Positions 52,819 through 64,000 of a stretch of 64,000 nucleotides of DNA are shown here, piece by piece; position 1 is the stretch's first letter, and every line of letters begins with the position of its first letter. The stretch is from assembly GCA_051294375.1 (NCBI GenBank), contig CM119263.1, forward strand, positions 14,028,414-14,092,413. The letters are read 5' to 3'. This DNA comes from Paraspadella gotoi (lineage: Eukaryota; Animalia; Chaetognatha). A program made the translations under genes and the position numbers. Under the pieces are notes generated by a model. The model ran no database searches. It worked only from the letters and a program-made list of their open reading frames with translations, and had not been told where the DNA came from.

Positions 52819-53100
52819 TGTGTTCGTGGATAAAACTTTAAAGATGGAATTTTATTTCATTTACGCATTCAAGAAAAAAGCAACATTCCGACATTCAAAA
52901 GTAAAACGTAATACAATTAAAAATACTAATTTCGTCTTAGTTTCGTCAAAACTAAAGAACAAAAAACGTTCTGTAGCTAAACTATGTAATGCTTATACAA
53001 AATACTAGAAACACCGAATTTTGCTTATTACATGAATCGAAGAACCTAGGTAAAAAATCCTTATAATACACCCAAGATATTTTCCCTCATTATTTAACAG

Positions 53101-55897
53101 CTAATTCGGGCATCGGGTTGAGATGTGCCCTTGTTGCTGGCATCTGTAACACGTTCTGGTGTCGCCGCCATCACCACCGCCGCCGCCACCACCTCGATTG
53201 CCGCCGTATTGAGCTTCATCGTGGCAGTCACGAGCCTTTATAAATCATCACAAAAACAAAAATTAGTACTATCAATATTAATGAGTTATGTAGGGTAGTG
53301 CTGGGTAATTCGGAACACTGACAATTGACAAATAAAATGAAATAAAAAATTAATCAAGGAATTAGTATAATTATTACTGGTGCATTAAATAGTCCACCAA
53401 CTTGTCTTTACATATTAAGAGTTATGGCATTCCACTGCTACTGCAGCAGCAATTTTCTTTTTTAAATACAACTTTTTTTAGTTTTAAAAAATAATATAAA
53501 AAACTCAGAACATTTTATTTTATTTTTTGCTTTGCCCCTATTTACTTGCTGAATTGTTTTATTATTTTATAAAAATTTGCAAATTACTTGTTTCACTATT
53601 TTCTATTTTTATATTTTATGAAGGATTTAGTATTTAATCTATATTATCTAAACAAATATATATTGCTTTCTTTTTTAAAAATGTTTTATCTAATATATAT
53701 ATTATATATATATATTATATAAACATTGATAAAAATTTATCAAAATCAAAAGTTGGTTTTAGTTTTTAGTTTTTTTAGTTGGTTTAGGTTTTAGTGGAGG
53801 AAAAATCTAGCTTATTAATAGAAAAATGGATAATTATATGAAATTAGTACAACCAATATAAATATTATCCATTCATTTAATAAATATTAAATAAGCTATC
53901 TTTCCCCTGATTTGGACAGTAAGGCGTTGTGAAAGTTACGTACGAAAATTCTAAAGGTCCATTATGAACAACATACCATCAGTGAACATTAATTTGTAAA
54001 AAAAATTATTTTATGTTTTTTAATTTTCGCAGTAGGCTATATTTATATATAGTACTATTCTTATAAAATCGAAAAATTTCAAAATAGGCTTTTCTTAATT
54101 TTGATTGCAGATTTGAATTCCTCGTCAAAAGTTGATAAAAGAAAATATAAATCATTTTTAAAAATTCTTTCATTAAGTGGGTTAAAAATTATAAAAGCTA
54201 TATTTAATATATAAAAAATTAATTTTCAGCTTAAAATATAGCTTTTTCTAATTTTTGACCCTCTTAATGAAGAATTTTTTAAAAAGAGTTATATTTCTTT
54301 CTATCAACTTTTTATGACGAATCCAAATCTGCAAAAAAATTGTTTTGAAATTTTAACATTTATTGGATTAGTACTAGTATAAATATGGCCTACTGCGTAA
54401 ATTGTAAAATTTATTATATTTTTTTTTACATAAATGTTCATTAGTATAATGTTGTTCGTTCCCCACTTTTAGAATTTTAATTAAAGTTAAATTTAGAAAT
54501 TTTACTACGCCTTATTGGACAGGCTTTGGTGGTTTAAGGCCTCCATCACTCTTACAAGATAATGACATAGCAGGTCCCTGCACGCTTCCAATCAAAACTC
54601 TTTCACTAGCAGATTACATGGCTTTCCTATCAATGAAGTGGTATAATATTTCAAACAATGTTTCAATTGTATGAAAAGACCACTCCCTATTAGTTAATAA
54701 TTACACTATAGAAATGGAATAAATTAAACTAGTTTACAATGTTATAGAGAAAATATAAGCAAAGCATAAATTCAATAAAAAAAGAGTAAATAAAAAATGT
54801 ATAAATATGCTAGAATATTACAATTACAAATTTATAACAATTGTATTTTTTATGAAAATAAATTTTTAAAGTGTTAAAAACAAATACATCAGCCTGTAGC
54901 GGGGACACTTTTCTTGATATATCACCAGATTTTTAAAAAAATTTATTTGATGCGATAATCCTTTCTTTTTCGTTGTTTTTTTATTTTTTAACAAGCCGAA
55001 ACATGTCCATCTTTTAATTAAAATAAAAATCGTTGTAATAATTTCAAAAATACTTTGCTTTCTTTAAAACAATTTTATTATGTAAAAAGTTTGATTACTT
55101 TTAAAAGCGTTCCGTACTACCCCGAACTACCCTATAAAATGTTTTACATAAAATATGTTCGCCTGAAAACCCACCAGATGTCCCGGTTTGCCGCAGTTGT
55201 AACAATTTCGGCTTCCCCCGCCGTATCCGCCGCCGCCGCCGCCGTATCCTCCGCCACCGTATCCTCCGCCGCGACCGCCGCCGCCGCCGCCGCCGCCGCC
55301 AAATCCTTGGCCTTGTCCTTCGGGACAATTACGGGCCATGTGTCCCATTCCTTGGCAGTTGTAGCATTTCATCTGGCGTTGGCCTTTAAATAAAGAAACA
55401 TCATCATCATCGTCTACTTCCATAAATAGCTGATACAAAGTCGTAATTTCCTCTTTCCCAACTCTCGGACCTACCTAAGAATCACTACATTATAACTTCA
55501 ACGGTGAATACCGCCGTTGGCAGGTTTTTCTCCCAAATACGATCCGTGAGCGGGCGTTGCGACAATGTCGGTAACCCCACACGTTAGGAGAGGAAATTTA
55601 TCAAAAAGCACATTCATTTCTTTTTTCTAACGACCTCGGCCCGAAAGTTTCATTTTTTTTCCTCTCAACTTTCTCATCATCAGCATCATCATCCGGGGTT
55701 TTTTCTGATGGAATTCCATCGCGAGCGGATTAGGGTTTTAGCGCGTTTCGGCTCTCTCTAAACGGAGATACCGCGACAAGGCGCATCGCTACAACAACAA
55801 TACCTCCGATTCCTCCACCACTTCCGCCACTCGGGCAATCCCGACGAAGGTGGCCTGGTTCACCGCAGTTGAAACAGCCACCATTATTACCGCTCAT
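53101..55897 (-). CDS. CNBP/Gis2-like CCHC zinc-knuckle, Gly-rich nucleic-acid-binding protein; 3 exons (55897-55804, ~55382-55175, ~53235-53101)
   Basis: Four CX2CX4HX4C knuckles: [38 protein letters not shown]|ARDC and [14 protein letters not shown], with GGY/RGG linkers. Confidence 0.88.
53920..54514. mobile_element. ~595 bp fold-back MITE, hAT-type (8-bp TSD TTGGACAG), nested in a dispersed repeat within CNBP-like intron 2
   Basis: Ends are TAAGGCG.../...CGCCTTA, with imperfect palindromy along the whole length (centre ~54215). TSD copies are at 53912-53919 and 54515-54522. The related repeat at ~34650 has a single TTGGACAG. Confidence 0.88.
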
Positions 55898-56089
55898 CTT
55901 GAATCTAAATTTTTTTATATCCTTTCAAAAACGGAATTATCGCTTTGCGTTTGAAACCCTGGGGGAAAAATAATAAAATAATATATAGAACTAGTCTACA
56001 ATTTATATCGGATGTAAAACAATGGCCAGATATGGGTAACAACAAAACCGGAATGCCTTAGTAATGAAAATTTTTTTTAAAATTTAGGT

Positions 56090-58566
56090 TCAAACATCGA
56101 CTTTATGACTACGCCTTTTCTTGGTTTTTGTCGACTCTTCAATATAGGATTTTCGTTTAGAAGTAGAGTTTTGAGACGAAGACTTGGCGTCTCCTTCCGC
56201 CTCCTCTATAGCCGCCTCTGCCAACTTCTGAGCGCGCGAAGGTCTGCCACGAAGTCGAGACGACGACGGGGCCACTGCGGGTGACGACATTGAGTCTGAG
56301 GCGCTGCTGGAGGCCATCGCAGCCTAGGGGATGATGACGCTTAAATTAAAAGAAATACAAAAAAAAAAACCCAAAAAAAACGAACAAACCTGAACCATGA
56401 GCTGCGTGGAAACAAACTGTTCAATGTCTTCGAGGACGTCGCGGTACATCTCGTTGGTCATGGCGTAAATGTCTTGGTCAGAGTTGTTGTACATTACGGC
56501 GTTGGTGAACATTAGCATGATATCTCGCTGAAACTCGGCAGTATTGCTGATTTGCCCGTTGTCGATCTTGGACTTTATAGTCTTGAGATCGATAGGACGT
56601 TTTATGACAACGCTGTAGCCTGGCGCTATCTCGTCCGTCACGGGAGCGAGGAAGAAGTTTGCGTACTTGTGATGTGAAGCGTTACGCCAAACCAACATGA
56701 TAGATTTTTTCCAGGCGCGATGGGCCTTCTCATCGGCCTCTATGTCACTGGACTGCGAGATGGAAGCAGGACTGGAATAAAATATTCGAAAGAAAATATC
56801 ATGGCGTTATATGACATCCAACCAAAAATACTAATGAGTTAAAGCTCTCATTTATTATAACTTACCTGTTAGGGCAGGAAGAGGGAGGACCGGCAATACT
56901 GCTGCCTATATCGCTTCCAGCTTTTCGAATGGGAGCCTTTCCGCCAATTCCTTCAGCTCGAGGCGACGCTATCGAAAAAAAAAAATTATTATTTAAAAAT
57001 ACCAAAGATGCTAACAAAAAGAGCGTTACCTGCGTTACTCATCGTGTCTTCTGTCTCGCTCTCCGACGGCGTGGCGCCCGACAGGACGGAGTTAGGTTTA
57101 GCGCCGTCCTGCACGTCAGATGCAGCTTCTAATTCTGGGTCGGCCTCACTTTCAGAGTCATCGACCCCGGCTTCGACCTTTTCCTTGATTGGCTCGCTCT
57201 TGGCGATCTCGACGTTGGTTTCATGAACAGGAGCGGACTCCTCCTCGGCAACCTCTTTCTTAGTAAGGGTCTTCTCCTCTTTTTTAGACATCTGGTCATT
57301 CTTATAGTTTTCGATGTCTTCTAGAGTCACTTCGTGATCGGGGGAGGCTTTAACTTCCGGATCTTCGGGATCAGGCGTCTCGAGAACGTCAGAAAGGAGC
57401 GCCTCAATTTTTTCCGGTTCAACTTCTTCTGGGTTAGACTTTGGACCGGAATTGTCGTCTGAAATTTTTTCCTCAATTTTCTTGTTTTCTGAAACTTCGC
57501 CATCGCTTTTCGATGTAACATCAGAAAGTGTCTTTTTTGTGCTCTCCTGTTTAGATTCTGCCGATGCCAAATCTTGTTGGGCCGGTCCGGGTTCGAGAAA
57601 TTTCTCCGTGGATTCTTTCTCTTTGGCGATGGCAATAGACGTTTCTCGAGAAGTTAAGTCTGATGATTGGTTGAAGACGACATCGTTAATTTTTAACGCC
57701 TCTTCAATAGGTTTTTCCTCCGGCAACGGCGGAATCGGCATGGGAGGATTGGTCGGTGACAATAACAGTTTAGTGACGAGAGAAGACTTTTTTAAAGCCG
57801 GAGGCTGTGGCGGGGTTGATGGAGTTTTTGAAGAGGCGGCTCCTTCATTGACAATTCCTTCAGCGCTTACGGAAACAGAGCTAGAAAAAGACGGCTCTTC
57901 TGCTGCGGCAGCGATCCCGACAGCTGACGTTCCTGCCGCTGCAAACAGTGAAGACATTCTCGGAGGAGAAGACATCTTTGATATAGTAGACGGAGAAGTC
58001 GCCGCCGCGGGTGACGAAGCATTAATTCTTATCGCATCTTTGGCAGCACGAGCCGCTTCTTCGTTAGCAGCCTTTAACGCCGCTTCTGCTTCCTCGGAGG
58101 CACGTTTCTTGGCGACAACCTCGGCCCACATTTCTGGCAAACGTTCATCCAATAGTCCTTTTCTCAACATCTCTTGTTGCCTCTTGAGCTCTGTAAACTT
58201 TTCTCGCTCTGCCGCCACAATGCGTTTCAGCTCCTCTATCCGTTGGTAGGTCAGCTTACGTACGATTATGTCCTCGGAAGTTTCTTTAGCGTCCTTGTCG
58301 CCACGCTTCACTCTCTTTGGAGGGTCGACATTTTCTAGGAGCTCCGCGTACTGCAGCGCGCAGTTTTTTTGGGACACTCGTTCCAAAGGTCGATTTGGAT
58401 CGAGAAAGGGCTTCATGGAGCGGGAGACTGTGACCCAGTTCTGATCGCCATTATGACGAACGGCGGAGGCAAGACATAGCTTCTCACGAATCGTCCATGG
58501 CTCGAGTGGGCCGGCCTTGAGGCGAGGCATGGTGCTTGAAGCGGGTTTCTCCGAAGAGCTTTGCAT
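56090..58566 (-). CDS. BRD8: Bromodomain-containing protein 8 (NuA4/TIP60 subunit); multi-exon
   Basis: GPLEPWTIREKLCLASAVRHNGDQNWVTVSR at the N-terminus; bromodomain HKYANFFLAPVTDEIAPGY..FQRDIMLMFTNAVMYN. Confidence 0.95.
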
Positions 58567-58845
58567 TTTTTCTTAGCTACAATTTCACATTTCACACTAA
58601 ATTTGTTCACATTTTTTAACTAAACAAAAAATAGCGGTTAGGACTTGGCATATATCACAGAATAAAAAGTCTCTAAAAAGACAGTTGAACATTAACATAT
58701 AAGTAAAACTTGCTTTTCATGGATTTAGATTTAAACAAAAAACATGATTATTAAATAGAAACGCTCCCAAAAAATGGGAAAAATCGCTGACTTAATTATC
58801 TTCTTAAATATATAAAAGCTCCAGCAAATCGTACGAATGTTTAAC

Positions 58846-61693
58846 TCATTCAAATTTGATTCCCTGGGCAAGAGGAAGATCTTTCCCGTAGTTAATAGTG
58901 CAAGTGGACCTGCGCATATATTGTTTCCACGAATCGCTTCCGCTCTCGCGTCCACCGCCGGTAGCCTTTTCGCCACCAAAAGCACCGCCGATTTCGGCGC
59001 CCGATGTAGGGATATTGACATTTACAATTCCACAATCGCTTCCTTTAGGACCCAACCAACGGAAAATATCTCCCATGTTGCCTAAAAAGTCAAATAATGA
59101 GATTGTAAAATGTTTATTTTTTTTAAAACCAGTAAATATGTATTGCAATTGTAACGCAACAGATCTACGTAGTCACCGGTAAAAATGGACGAAGACAAGC
59201 CTTGTTCCACGGAATTGTTGATGGCGATGGCATCATCGAGATTTTTGCATTTGAGAATGTAAAGGACTGGGGCAAATGTCTCTTTCTTAACGACGTCAGC
59301 GTCGGGACTAAGTCCAGTGACCAAAGCGGGTTCTACATAAAACCCGTCGCGGTCAAGAACGCGTCCACCTGCGTGGACGATGCCGCCCTGCTCTTTGGCT
59401 TCTTTAATCGCATTCATATAGCTCTTGACCCCATTTTCGGAATGAAGTGGCCCACAAAGAGTTCCTGCTTCTAAGGGGTCGCCGATGCGAACCTATTTTT
59501 GATTCAATCGAAAATACATTCGACTACCTAGTAAGAAAGTTAGTTTTACTAAAGTTAACCTGTTTGTAGGCCTTTGTGAGCCTCTCAACAATCTCGTCGT
59601 GAATTTCTTCATGTATCACGAGTCGTCTAAGGCTCGTACAACGCTGACCCGCCGTCCCAACGGAGGCGAAAAGTACCGCAGGCACAACCATATTCAGCTC
59701 GCTGTCGGGCATTACAATCAAAGCATTGTTGCCTCCAAGTTCGAGCAAACTTTTTCCGAAACGAGATTGTACAGTAACGCCAACCTTAAAAATAAAAATT
59801 TAAATCCTATTATTTAAAAATAACTCTATAATAATTTTTAATAAATGCATATTGCATATGTAATTATCGAGCTTATCGATTAATTTTAGATGGAAATAGA
59901 TTTCCATCTAATTTTAATTGCTCCACAATAATATAAAGATCACTAGAAAAAAAAGGTATAAAATATAATTTCATAGGATAGCTAGTTAAAAAGATCAATA
60001 TTTTTTCTTAGGACAATTGACAAACCTTTCTCCCAACAGGAGTGCTTCCTGTGAACGATACAAGGGGAAGCCTGGGGTCGTTAGCCATAGCATTGCCAAT
60101 GACGGCGCCGCCACAAACAAGCGACGCCACTGCTCCAGGAATGTTGTTTTTTTCCAAAACCTCGGCCACCATCTTGGTTACAGCCACACTTAATCCGAAA
60201 GAAAGAATTAAAATATTAACAGCAGCTGAAAACAATGGTAAAAACTTCAGAAGTGATTTCATTACCTTGTAAGAGGTGTCGAAGGTGCACCTTTCCACAA
60301 GCAGGTGTTTCCTGTTACCATCGCAATTGCGGAGTTCCACCCATAAACGGCCACGGGAAAATTAAAAGCAGTGATAATACCTAAGTCAAATATACGGATT
60401 TGAGCGAAAGATATTAAAATGACTGAATCGAAAACAAATTCTTAACGAACCAACGACGCCGAGGGGGTTCCACTGCTCAAGAAGCGCATGACCAGTTCTC
60501 TCCGAGGGCAAAACTTGTCCTTGAATCATCCTGGATAAACCTACAGCATAATCGGCGATATCCACGTACTCTTGAACTTCGCCGACGCCCTCGGCCAGAA
60601 TCTTGCCCATTTCTAAGGAAACCAGTCGTCCAAGAGACTGAATTTTATCGCGCAGATGCAGCCCGATCTGTCGCACTATCTCTCCTTGAAATGATCCATA
60701 TGAGAAACACATTAGTTAAAGATTAATTCTTTAATCAAGATAGTATTTATTTTTAAACCTCGGTGCGGTGGAGTTATATCTGTCCAGGTTGCCCACGCTT
60801 CACCACATTTTTTTACAGCATTTTCATAATCATTTAAAGATCCAAAAGTAACATCAGCGATTGGACGTCCATTTCCAGGACAATACGATGTAATGGTTTC
60901 TCCACTGCCTTGCCACTGACCATCGTAAACGCCTTGTAATAAATAAATTTATTGTCCGTTAAATTGCAAAAAAATTTGAGGGCTGGAAATTCCTGCTGAA
61001 GAAAGTCTGATCATCACTTTTGTCAAAGCTAATTAAATATTATGGACTAAGGAGGCATTCGGTAATGCATGTGGAAGCAAAGTCTTCGTCGATGTCTTCT
61101 TCGTCACCTTCGTTTTATTTAGCTGACCGAGTGAAATACCATACGTAGGGCTAAACTATGTCAATGGGGTGGATCAGTAGTTTGATTTGGGAACCTTCCC
61201 AAATAAAACTTTATACATTTCTGAAAAAATTTTAATAGACCAAATTTTTTTAAAAATGGCTGAAGGCACTCGGTGGCTTATAAAAAGTTGTCGGCACAAT
61301 ATATAATTATTTTTTAAATATTTTGATGATAAGTGGGTTAAAATTGGGAAAAACCTTAAAAAATCATACAATGAGTTTATTAGTTTTTTCTGACTTTCAG
61401 TAATAAAACAGTTGTAATTACAATACATTGGTATATGATATAGCGGGATAGTACATCGATTTAACAGACAAACCTTGCTCTTTGTTTTCCCATAGACCTT
61501 TGCAGCGTATTAATCTCCAGGAATGCCGACAAAACTTACCAGGATTTTGGGCGGACAGTCCCAGGTCTTTGAGCCAAGCATAGTTTTTCTCCTCGATAAG
61601 GGGAGTTCCGCCGGTGGACAAGAGACGTAACGAAACCGAACTGCCTCGAAAATGGCAGAGCCTTCCGGCCCGAGAGGTAAAGGTAACGGCCAT
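58846..61693 (-). CDS. ALDH7A1: Alpha-aminoadipic semialdehyde dehydrogenase (antiquitin), with an N-terminal mitochondrial-type presequence; multi-exon
   Basis: [32 protein letters not shown], and C-terminal [36 protein letters not shown]. Confidence 0.96.
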
Positions 61694-62341
61694 GCTGGAT
61701 AAATGAGAAACGGCCGGGTTCCGAGCTCAATCGTGGACGTTGCTTAAGCGTGGTGTTGCTCCTCTGTTTCGTTCCGCGTGACGTCCTTCCCTCGTCTTCT
61801 TTATCGTAGTCGTCAACGTCTCCGTTTGTCTTCATCATTGTCGTTGTCGCCGTCGCCTTGATCTTCTGTTTTCGTTACCAAGGAGACGAGTCGACAACGA
61901 AGACTCGCACAGAAAATATGTAAAAATAATATCTTCTACGTCACTGTTTCGTTCGGATAAATGAATGTTTTAGCTTTATTATTTATTTTGTTTTAAAATA
62001 TTTTAAATATTTCATGTTGTCAGCCTGCATCGATCAATATATATTCTATCTAAATTTTACTTTTCCTCGAATACTTCAAAAAGCTAAAGATTACAAATAG
62101 CAATTGAGATTGATGTGCTTGTTATATAAACGAACATTTGCTTGACATCGTCCGAGAATTGGCCTTCACATGCACATGCCATAGTTGAACGGAGTTAGTT
62201 TTGTTATTTATATGAAACTGGTACAACCAATATAAAAATTATCCATTCATTTAATAAATAAGTATAAATAAGCATCTCGTGGTTATACATAAATATATAA
62301 TTTTTCTTTCTTTAAACGATAGCAAGATAACGTTTTAAAAA
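61694..62341. promoter_or_regulatory. Divergent (head-to-head) intergenic region between ALDH7A1 and TMEM237; inferred promoter region of the minus-strand array
   Basis: 648 nt between opposite start codons. Each ATG is preceded by an AG acceptor (61696-61695 on -, 62320-62321 on +). The call rests on position only. Confidence 0.55.
62212..62273 (+). repeat. Truncated copy of the dispersed repeat seen at 34515-34722 and 53838-54632
   Basis: ATGAAACTGGTACAACCAATATAAAAATTATCCATTCATTTAATAAATA matches 53838-53886. Confidence 0.7.
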
Positions 62342-63590
62342 ATGTCTCAACATTCGTCCACTGCTAAATCGAATAAATCTAAAAATAAATCGACTAAAAA
62401 AGTCAAGCCCCGTAAACTAAAGCTTGACCCATCTGCGTGGGGAGACGAAAAACCGGTGGATTTTATCCTTTCGGGACTAGAGGAAGATATCATCGTTGGC
62501 AACGGAAACGAGACGATTCCAAAGACGTCAATATCCACTATCCGAGCCCCAAACGGCTCAAATCCCCCTCCCTCTTCAACACGGAAACCGTCGCTACCGA
62601 CGTCGACTTTTGTCGATAAACAGGCGCAAATCTTCGTCGAGGGAAAGAGACGGTTCGTCGCCAAATCCGCCCAACATGTGGCCGAGGAACAGGAAAGAAT
62701 GAGATTACAGCGTCGTTTTGATTACGACCCGTCGAGTAACGATTCACGAGGAAACGTGGATTCTCGTGATTTCCGATCCACGAATCTTATCCAAATCGCT
62801 ATCCACTTTCAGACATTTTTTCAAAGATTTGCCCACTTGACGCATGGCGTCCTTGCTGGCTTCTGCACTTGGCAGTGCGTCGTCGTTTACTTACTTTATC
62901 GAGCCGGCGAGAATGTTATTGCCAACGGTGGGCTCGACTTTGTCTTTGGGCTCTACGCACCTTTAGCGATGCCAGTTAACAGCGCATTGGCTTTTTTGTT
63001 AACTGTGGCGTTTCTCTCCGCGCTGGATGATTTGGACATCGCCTCGTCCGACTCGCGAGCCGTAATCTGCCCCCAATTCGTCACGTTATATTCTGTCTTG
63101 CGAGCTTTTTTAATGCCGGTTCTTATTGTTTCCTTCGTCATCAACAACGTACTCGTTCAAAAAGAAAGCACAATCAGGTGATTGATTTATAATTATTTTA
63201 TTGAATTGATTGATTGATTGATTGGTTTTAGCGAATTGACGCATTGATTAGAGGGATTGCTTAATAGATTTATCCAGTGTTTTACAGTATGTATGTATGT
63301 GAACGATTGAATAACTTTTAGTGTTTTATCATTTCCATGATTTTTCTTTTTACAGCAACTTAGGAATTCCCGGCCTGAACATGAGTAGCGGTTGGAACAC
63401 GACCCAGACAACCCTACGGCGCGATCTCGCCATATCGTGGTTAAGCCTTAACATGGCCCGATCCATCGCGGCACTTTTGAGTTGGTGCCTCGTGGTTGTG
63501 GCGCGTCGCGAAGGTGGCGTTGGGGACGCCCAGATTTTGACATTGACGCGGAGAAAGGCGGATCTGTTGGGGGAGGGAAGGGGTGGTTAA
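62342..63590 (+). CDS. TMEM237: Transmembrane protein 237 (ciliary transition zone, JBTS14); 2 exons (~62342-63177, ~63356-63590)
   Basis: Low-complexity N-terminus with IFVEGKRRF, then FQRFAHLTHGVLAGFCTWQCVVVY, FLSALDDLDIA and C-terminal W..LNMARSIAALLSWCLV, resembling TMEM237. Confidence 0.75.
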
Positions 63591-63810
63591 TTACTAGGAT
63601 TCGTTGAAAGATATAATAAATGTTGTTCATTTAAATGTTCACTTAATAAATTAATTGCAGAAAGTAAAAGTAAAAAAAAGACAATCAAAAAACCACAAAT
63701 TCTTCTCGAAACGATTTCTTCTTTACACTCTCAAGCCGAAGATTTAACAAGTGAGAAATTAAATTAAATTAATTTCAATGTAGTAATTAAAAAGCGTATT
63801 TATACTAAAA

Positions 63811-63999
63811 TCACAAGAAACTAAAAATGTAAAATTTCAGGTAATTCATTGTTTTTGAGCACTCGTCCATCTCCACGGTCGAAACAACTTCACGGATAGC
63901 CGCCACAACAAACCTCTTGACCATGTCACGCGCGGCCTCAGCCCACTCTTCGGGAAATTCGTCTGATGAAGCGACGACTTCTCGAGCCGACGCACTGGG
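63811..63999 (-). CDS. Probable 3' coding end of an unidentified gene continuing beyond the window
   Basis: Open frame PSASAREVVASSDEFPEEWAEAARDMVKRFVVAAIREVV... with exon-like GC content, followed by AT-rich sequence. No family recognised. Confidence 0.4.
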   Translation of the reverse strand, partial: PSASAREVVASSDEFPEEWAEAARDMVKRFVVAAIREVVSTVEMDECSKTMNYLKFYIFSFL

Positions 64000-64000
64000 C

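Noticed and set aside
34896-61693. Prokaryotic operon or horizontally transferred bacterial segment
   Set aside because: All genes have GT-AG spliceosomal introns and most are eukaryote-specific.
1-64000. tRNA, rRNA, SL RNA gene or CRISPR array
   Set aside because: None recognised by eye; no regularly spaced repeat-spacer pattern. An SL RNA of unknown sequence cannot be excluded.

Overview
Eukaryotic DNA from a non-vertebrate bilaterian animal, in a draft assembly with N gaps. The species cannot be determined from the sequence. (1) 1-27.5 kb is gene-poor and rich in GA/TTTC microsatellites. It is dominated by an ~8-9 kb tandem duplication joined at an N gap, probably uncollapsed haplotypes. 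(2) 27.9-32.8 kb holds a multi-exon invertebrate-type dopamine receptor (Dop1R2/INDR-like GPCR, - strand). (3) 34.9-61.7 kb is a compact array of 12 co-oriented (- strand) genes with short introns, in transcription order: ALDH7A1, BRD8, CNBP-like, TAMM41, SRFBP1, NPEPL1, GPN2, AP3M, importin-alpha, ATG101, IGBP1, GPSM/Pins. Stop-to-start spacers are only 15-679 nt. Most start codons are preceded by a pyrimidine-rich AG acceptor, and the shortest spacers have no evident partner donor. This is the signature of a long polycistronic unit (operon) resolved by spliced-leader trans-splicing, and it is the main candidate system here. TMEM237 lies head-to-head on the + strand. Introns contain a candidate H/ACA snoRNA (ATG101), a degenerate Penelope-type hammerhead ribozyme in a long hairpin (GPSM), and a fold-back hAT-type MITE with an 8-bp TSD whose empty site is visible elsewhere in the window (CNBP). 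Gene identities come from recalled family motifs, not database searches. Exon boundaries were read by eye.
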